Shown: positions 59,059 to 64,000 of the stretch, piece after piece | Numbering within the stretch: position 1 is the first letter of the stretch | Layout of the letters: every line of letters begins with the position of its first letter | Source of the DNA: Candidatus Magasanikiibacteriota bacterium | GTDB taxonomy: Bacteria; Patescibacteriota; Patescibacteriia; Magasanikbacterales; UBA922 | Length of the DNA: 64,000 bases | Reading direction: 5' to 3' | Assembly: GCA_041665025.1 (NCBI GenBank) | Contig: JBAYJP010000001.1 | Span: 110,555 to 174,554, forward strand | Made by a program: the position numbers and the translations under genes | Notes under the pieces: generated by a model | Database searches by the model: none | What the model was told of the DNA's origin: nothing | Seen by the model: only the letters and a program-made list of their open reading frames with translations

Positions 59059-59094
59059 AGCACCTTATCACAAAGACGATAAAATGTCGACAAT

Positions 59095-59119
59095 AAAACC
59101 CGCGTCTTTGCGGGTTTTT
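59095..59119 (-). terminator. rplU terminator
   Basis: aaaacccgc-gtcttt-gcgggttttt. Confidence 0.75.
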
Positions 59120-59137
59120 ATTTTTTTATTCTGTTTA

Positions 59138-59452
59138 CTAAGCTACTTTCGCTATCTTCACTTTCGTAAAATGCTGTCTATGTCCATGTACTTTGTGATA
59201 ACGAATTTTTCTCTTGTATTTAACTACTCTAATCTTTTTAGCTCTGGCTTGTTCTTCTACAGACGCAGTCACTTTTGCACCAGAAACATATGGAGCGCCA
59301 AGCTGTATATTTAGACCATCTTCATCGCTAAGAAGCAATACCTGGTCAAAAACAGCTTCTTTACCTGCTTCAAGAGCTAATTTCTCTATTCTTAAGGTGT
59401 CACCAGCCTTTACCAGATACTGTTTTCCACCTGTTGCAATAACGGCTAACAT
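59138..59452 (-). CDS. rplU: 50S ribosomal protein L21
   Basis: AVIATGGKQYLV, IEKL, KYKRK.RY..HGHRQ.FT. Confidence 0.97.
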   Translation of the reverse strand: MLAVIATGGKQYLVKAGDTLRIEKLALEAGKEAVFDQVLLLSDEDGLNIQLGAPYVSGAKVTASVEEQARAKKIRVVKYKRKIRYHKVHGHRQHFTKVKIAKVA

Positions 59453-59537
59453 AATTTTTAAATTTAGATTATTAGATAATTGGTATTAGGGAAACGGTGA
59501 TAGTTTAGCTCATTTAAAAAGAAAAGTCAAGGGGTTG

Positions 59538-59634
59538 GATAAGTTGACTAAGTTTTCTAAATTTACTAAGTATCTAAGTTATAGAAAACCAATCACAACT
59601 TAGCCAACTTAGGTACTTAATAAACTTAGTTACT
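59538..59634. repeat. 9-nt-periodic palindrome (ctaagt/acttag family)
   Basis: taagttgactaagttttctaaatttactaagtatctaagtt...aacttagccaacttaggtacttaataaacttag. Confidence 0.75.
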
Positions 59635-60097
59635 TTGGTAAGGTCATTACATCCCCTATCTTAAGCCCATTTTTCTGCGTCCAGCCAGCCTGCAGTTCAA
59701 GGACCAAATTTGCCTCTGTACGCGGATAATAGCGTGCCAACTCTTGTTCCGAAGCATCTGGTTCGATGGGGACATTGGGGGCAATATCCACAACTACCCC
59801 ATCTTTAAGCCACACAATGTCAATGGGAAATTCCATGTCCCTCATGACAAACGTATGCTTATCAAGTAAATAAAATGGAAAAATCATGCCATCATACGGC
59901 GCAAGTTGTTTTCTTCCGCCCAAGCCTTTGTATTGTTGATATATATTCTTTGCTACGAGTACATGCAATTCTTGATCTTTCAAAGAAATACTCATACTAC
60001 TCCAGTGAAACCGTTGCCAAAAAAATAAAAAAATGGCAGTAGCAAAAAAAATACCGATAAAATATAACATTTTTTTGGATAATGGTTTTGATGACAT
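59630..60097 (-). CDS. DUF192 family protein
   Basis: GLGGR, GMIFPF, FVMRDMEFPIDIVWL, VLELQAG...G..IGD. Confidence 0.9.
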   Translation of the reverse strand: MSSKPLSKKMLYFIGIFFATAIFLFFWQRFHWSSMSISLKDQELHVLVAKNIYQQYKGLGGRKQLAPYDGMIFPFYLLDKHTFVMRDMEFPIDIVWLKDGVVVDIAPNVPIEPDASEQELARYYPRTEANLVLELQAGWTQKNGLKIGDVMTLPK

Positions 60098-60109
60098 AAT
60101 ATACAGCTC

Positions 60110-60185
60110 ATGTACGAAATACGAAAGCTACGAAATATCCGAAATAACACTTTCGTACCTTTCGCAGTTTTCGTATTTCGTACAT
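60110..60185. repeat. Periodic palindrome (tacgaaa/tttcgta family)
   Basis: atgtacgaaatacgaaagctacgaaa...tttcgtacctttcgcagttttcgtatttcgtacat. Confidence 0.8.
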
Positions 60186-60188
60186 AAA

Positions 60189-61253
60189 TCATTCTTTACC
60201 TTGTCCATTTCTTTTAGAGAAATATATCCCTACTAATAGCATTAGTATAAACAAAAACACCAGTGCAATCAACTTTTGTTTGCTCTGCAAGAATAATGCG
60301 GAAATACCAAACAAAAGCGCAATGGCATACAACAAAATTACTGTCTGTTTTTGGCTCATTCCTGATTCAAGCAACTGAAAATGCAAATGTTCATTATCTC
60401 CTACATATACCGGTTTGCGTTTCTGAATACGACGAACGATGACGCGCACTACATCCAAAACAGGTACAGCCATAACTAATAGTGTGGTTGCAATCTTTCC
60501 TCCAGAAACAATAGCCAAAGATGCTAACATAAATCCTGCAAATAAACTGCCACCTTCACCTAAAAATATTTTTGCTGGATGCCAATTCCATACCAAAAAA
60601 CCAAGAACAGTACCCGCAAATACAATAGATAAGACCGCTACGTCTGGCTGATACCATTGTTTTTGTATTGACAAAAAGAAAATAATCAAAGCTCCAATAC
60701 TTACAATACCCGACACCAGGCCATCAAGACCGTCTAAAAATTTTGTTGTAAACATCATGCCCATGAGCCAGAGGAAAACGAGTGAGTCAGCAACAACTAC
60801 AAGTGTACCCAATCCGTCAACCGTAATTTTCCATTTTGATAAATCAATAATACCACCCCAAGGACTCGTGATAACGTGCGGTCCAATGCCAAACGCAATT
60901 ATACAAAGGGCTGCTAACACAGGAAATAAAATCTGATATCGCGGACGGAGTACATATTTATCATCGAGTAGTCCGCCGATCATCAAAATTAACCCTCCTA
61001 CAAAAAGTCCAAGAATATTTCTCGGCACAACATCTATTTCAAAATATCTTCCCGTACTTAAAATAAATGCAATCACCACAAAAAAACTCACAAAAATTGC
61101 AAGCCCACCTCCAAGAGGCACACTGTTTTTATGAATTTTTCGTTCATCCTTTTTTGCTCTGTCTATTACATCCAGTTTTCGCATGAGAATAGCAACAATG
61201 CCAGTAAGAATGAGGCAAAGGAGAAAAGAGATAAAAAAATAGGCTAAGTACAT
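60189..61253 (-). CDS. MraY/WecA-family undecaprenyl-phosphate GlcNAc-1-P transferase (WecA-like)
   Basis: RKIH...PLGGGLAI, GLLDDK, FLDGLDGL, WNWHPAKIFLG, HLHFQL. Confidence 0.9.
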   Translation of the reverse strand: MYLAYFFISFLLCLILTGIVAILMRKLDVIDRAKKDERKIHKNSVPLGGGLAIFVSFFVVIAFILSTGRYFEIDVVPRNILGLFVGGLILMIGGLLDDKYVLRPRYQILFPVLAALCIIAFGIGPHVITSPWGGIIDLSKWKITVDGLGTLVVVADSLVFLWLMGMMFTTKFLDGLDGLVSGIVSIGALIIFFLSIQKQWYQPDVAVLSIVFAGTVLGFLVWNWHPAKIFLGEGGSLFAGFMLASLAIVSGGKIATTLLVMAVPVLDVVRVIVRRIQKRKPVYVGDNEHLHFQLLESGMSQKQTVILLYAIALLFGISALFLQSKQKLIALVFLFILMLLVGIYFSKRNGQGKE

Positions 61254-61293
61254 ATAATAATTTTCATGAGTATTTTACTCCACTTACGTTTCC

Positions 61294-61380
61294 TTGACAA
61301 CTCTCTCTCTCTTTGTTAGCGTTATCTCAAGTTTCTCGGTAGACGCCGAGAATTTTGCCGAATGACGCACAGCGCGGAGG
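61294..61380 (+). promoter_or_regulatory. sigma70 promoter with a (CT)6 spacer, 5' hairpin and SD of GC-rich unit 7
   Basis: TTGACA-actctctctctctttgt-TAGCGT; ctcggt-agac-gccgag hairpin; GGAGG. Confidence 0.7.
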
Positions 61381-61386
61381 ACGTCG

Positions 61387-61662
61387 ATGAGTACTCTCTT
61401 TTACATCGGGGCACTGGCAGGGTGGATCGCCGTCGGCTTCTACGTCGCCGCCATGTGTCTCCCCAAGGTCGACCACACGATGTTGGGCAAGCTGTTGAAG
61501 TGGCTCGATGTGCTCCCCAGTCCGAGCAACGTGATCCTCAAGTTCATGGCGGGGTTCATGCTCGCCATCGCTGTCGTCATCCTCCTGCTCAGCTGGGGTG
61601 CGGTCTGGCCGCTGTCCATCCCCATCGAGCGCTTCGTCTACTGGTGGCGACGGCGGGCGTGA
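61387..61662 (+). CDS. GC-rich small two-TM membrane protein (91 aa)
   Basis: Two hydrophobic helices, WWRRRA tail, high GC3, SD-led. Confidence 0.72.
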   Translation: MSTLFYIGALAGWIAVGFYVAAMCLPKVDHTMLGKLLKWLDVLPSPSNVILKFMAGFMLAIAVVILLLSWGAVWPLSIPIERFVYWWRRRA

Positions 61663-61802
61663 ACAACTTCCGACTTCGGTCGGCGCGGTTCAAGGAGGGA
61701 CGCGATGGAAAGGACGACGAAACCCACCTGCGACTGCGTATGTGTCTGAATATCAGACATATACGAAGGAGATGCAGGTGGGTTTTGTTGTATAGAAATA
61801 TT

Positions 61803-62186
61803 TTAATATTTTCTTCTTTTCAATTCTTTACACAAATCCAAAATATCTTGCAACATATATTCCCTTCTAAATAATACTTGATCATTGGTAAACCTTTTTG
61901 TTATATAACCATGAATTCTAAACCAATGATCTCGATTCCTGTCATATTCAATTTGTTGATAATGTATCGGACCATCAACTTCAACAATCAATTTGCACTC
62001 ATGACAATAAAAGTCCGCTATGAACGGACCAATACTAAATTGCCTACGAAATTTATACCCTCCCAAACGTCTATCTCTCAATTCATACCATAAAACTTTT
62101 TCTGCCATTGTCTGATTCCTGCGTAATCTCCTGCGCCTTTCAATAAAGTGAGGTTTATTTTTGAAAAAGTCGGAATATCGAATCAC
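61803..62186 (-). CDS. DUF559 (Vsr-like) endonuclease domain protein
   Basis: LRRNQT.AEKVLW..LR, KFRRQ, FIADFYC, LIVEVDG..H, RF.N; GTG start is tentative. Confidence 0.9.
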   Translation of the reverse strand: MIRYSDFFKNKPHFIERRRRLRRNQTMAEKVLWYELRDRRLGGYKFRRQFSIGPFIADFYCHECKLIVEVDGPIHYQQIEYDRNRDHWFRIHGYITKRFTNDQVLFRREYMLQDILDLCKELKRRKY

Positions 62187-62204
62187 AAAAGAATAATTTA
62201 GAAA

Positions 62205-62290
62205 CGTTCCTCCCCTAGTAGGGGAGGTCAGGTGAGGTTGAGGCAGCCATAACCTCACCCTGTCCCTCTCCTACCGAGGAGAGGGAACGT
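62205..62290. repeat. REP-like doublet upstream of DUF559
   Basis: ctcccctagtaggggag-gtcaggtgaggtt...aacctcaccctgtccctctcctaccgaggagagggaac. Confidence 0.8.
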
Positions 62291-62308
62291 GCTAAGGACG
62301 TTTTTGTT

Positions 62309-64000
62309 TTATCCACGCTCCACCCTCATCTGACACCCTTCGCCCACTATCACTACATCACGCCTTTGTAATTTATTTTGCAATACCAGTTCTGCTAAAT
62401 AATTTTCAATGCGGTCTTGAATAGCACGACGCATAGGACGCGCGCCAAAGTCTGGATCAAACCCAACATCCGCAAGCGCTTCAAGAGCGGCATCTTCAAA
62501 CCGAAGTTCAACTCCGCGAAGTTCAAGATCTTTGCCAACACCTTTCAACATCAATCCTGCAATCTGTTTTATTTCATCACGATTCAATGCTTTGAACAAT
62601 ACAATGCCATCAAAACGATTCAAAAACTCTGGACGATAATATTGGCGCAATTCACCACGAATGAGATGATCGCGAATCACGTCTAAATCAACACCCTGTT
62701 TCATTTGATCTTGAACATAACTCGTGCCTGCGTTTGACGTAGCGATGATAATGCTGTTGGTAAAATCAACTACACGTCCGACACTATCGGTAAGACGACC
62801 ATCATCAAATACTTGCAAAAATAAATTCAAAATATCTGGATCTGCTTTTTCAAGTTCATCAAGCAAAATGAGAGAAAACGGATTTTGCCGTACAGCTTCA
62901 GTGAGAAGTCCGGTACCCTGCTGTCCTGGCTGTCCAATAAGACGATACACCCCGCTTTTGTCCTGATATTCACTCATATCTATACGGATCATGCGTTCTT
63001 CTCCGCCAAAATAAACATGGGCAATTGTTTTGGCAAGTTCTGTTTTCCCAACACCCGTGGGACCAAGAAACAAAAAGTTTGAAATAGGTCTATTTTTGGA
63101 ACGAATATCTGCGCGAGCCCTGCGAAGGGCGTTGGCAACCATCTGAACCGCCACATCTTGACCTATTACCCGCTTGTGCATTTCATCTTCAAGACGCAAT
63201 AATTTTTGTGATTCATCTTCTGAAATACTCGTAACGGGTATACCAGTTTTTTCGCTCACAATTGAAGCAACATCTTCGGCAGTGACCAAATGATTTTCTC
63301 CTTTGTGTGAACGCGCGAAACTCGCCACTTCGGACAGAAGCGACATAGCACTCTCGGGCAAATTTTGATCATAAAAAAACTTTTTTGCGAGTACCACGCA
63401 CCGGTCAATAGAATCGTACGAAAAAAATATATTATGTTTGTATTCCACACTGCCTGCCTTTGATTCCAATACTTGAATTGCTTGGTTGGTATCCATTTCT
63501 GCGACTTCTACTTTGGTAAATAATGTACCAATTTCTGTATTTACAATATGCTTCGCATATCCATCAGGCAGAGTCGTAGCAAACATAATAAACCGCCCAG
63601 TGCTCAAATGTTCTGCCAAAGCCTCTGACACATCCAAACCTTCACCTTGGGTATCTGCCATGCCCGTAAGGTCGTGTAAATTATTAATAAACAAAATAAT
63701 ATTTTTTGCACGGCCCACTTCATTCATAATGCGAATCAAACGTTCTTGCGCCCCTGCAACTGTCGTCCCTGCCATAAGTGCGGATGTCGATATCTGCACA
63801 AAACGCTTATCTACCAGACGTTGTGGCGCATCGCCCTGCACCATGCGCGATACCACACCTTCGATAATAGACATCTTTCCCACGCCGTGTTCGCCTACCA
63901 AAATAACATTTTGTCTTCCACCTTCAATAATGCGAAATATTTCTTCAATTTCCTTATCACGCGCAACGCATTGGCTAATTTGTCCATATTTTGCCGCAAT
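62309..64000 (-). CDS. Clp/Hsp100 AAA+ ATPase (ClpA/B/C family), 5' end truncated by the window
   Basis: GEHGVGK, GPTGVGKTE, RIDMSEY, LLDELEKA, FDDGRLTD, RPEFLNR, GARP; frame is open to the window end. Confidence 0.92.
   Translation of the reverse strand: MAAKYGQISQCVARDKEIEEIFRIIEGGRQNVILVGEHGVGKMSIIEGVVSRMVQGDAPQRLVDKRFVQISTSALMAGTTVAGAQERLIRIMNEVGRAKNIILFINNLHDLTGMADTQGEGLDVSEALAEHLSTGRFIMFATTLPDGYAKHIVNTEIGTLFTKVEVAEMDTNQAIQVLESKAGSVEYKHNIFFSYDSIDRCVVLAKKFFYDQNLPESAMSLLSEVASFARSHKGENHLVTAEDVASIVSEKTGIPVTSISEDESQKLLRLEDEMHKRVIGQDVAVQMVANALRRARADIRSKNRPISNFLFLGPTGVGKTELAKTIAHVYFGGEERMIRIDMSEYQDKSGVYRLIGQPGQQGTGLLTEAVRQNPFSLILLDELEKADPDILNLFLQVFDDGRLTDSVGRVVDFTNSIIIATSNAGTSYVQDQMKQGVDLDVIRDHLIRGELRQYYRPEFLNRFDGIVLFKALNRDEIKQIAGLMLKGVGKDLELRGVELRFEDAALEALADVGFDPDFGARPMRRAIQDRIENYLAELVLQNKLQRRDVVIVGEGCQMRVERG

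Noticed and set aside
58815-59096. Three overlapping 75-92 aa ORFs
   Set aside because: No SD, they cross terminators, and they are expected by chance in GC-rich sequence.
61362-61874. 170-aa alternative-frame ORF over unit 7
   Set aside because: Arg/His-rich shadow frame that runs through the terminator; the SD and GC3 pattern support 61387-61662.

Overview
AT-rich (mostly about 33-40% GC by eye) chromosomal window from a bacterium using genetic code 11. The gene content and style look like Patescibacteria/CPR (Parcubacteria-ABY1-like): a VirD4/HerA-like ATPase, a SWIB protein, a PEGA protein, a stand-alone riboflavin kinase, Elp3, and housekeeping genes with no Shine-Dalgarno (SD) motif. 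This taxonomy is an inference. Housekeeping genes: dnaX, glyA, tsaE, queH, rarA, pyrG, rplI, era, ctpA, murA, dnaB, ybaB, recR, rplU, a Clp ATPase and tRNA-Gln(CUG). Also present are a NitT/TauT ABC cassette next to the tRNA and a large rhamnose/glycosyltransferase/NUDIX surface-glycan region. Two patterns stand out. (1) Six isolated GC-rich (~60%) protein-coding mini-transcription units plus one GC-rich non-coding unit. Most have a sigma70-type promoter, a 5' hairpin, a strong AGGAGG/GGAGG ribosome-binding site and a 3' hairpin, although the native genes lack SD sites. They look like a second class of genes tuned for a different translation system, possibly the host's. (2) A dense set of palindromic elements: hairpins with 7/8/9-nt periodic arms and short GC-rich palindromes. 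They flank small four-helix-bundle, GIY-YIG and DUF559 genes, occur as solo intergenic copies, and sit in-frame inside at least eight protein genes and inside tRNA-derived scars. An Elp3 plus Trm9-like pair suggests a eukaryote/archaea-type wobble-uridine modification pathway.
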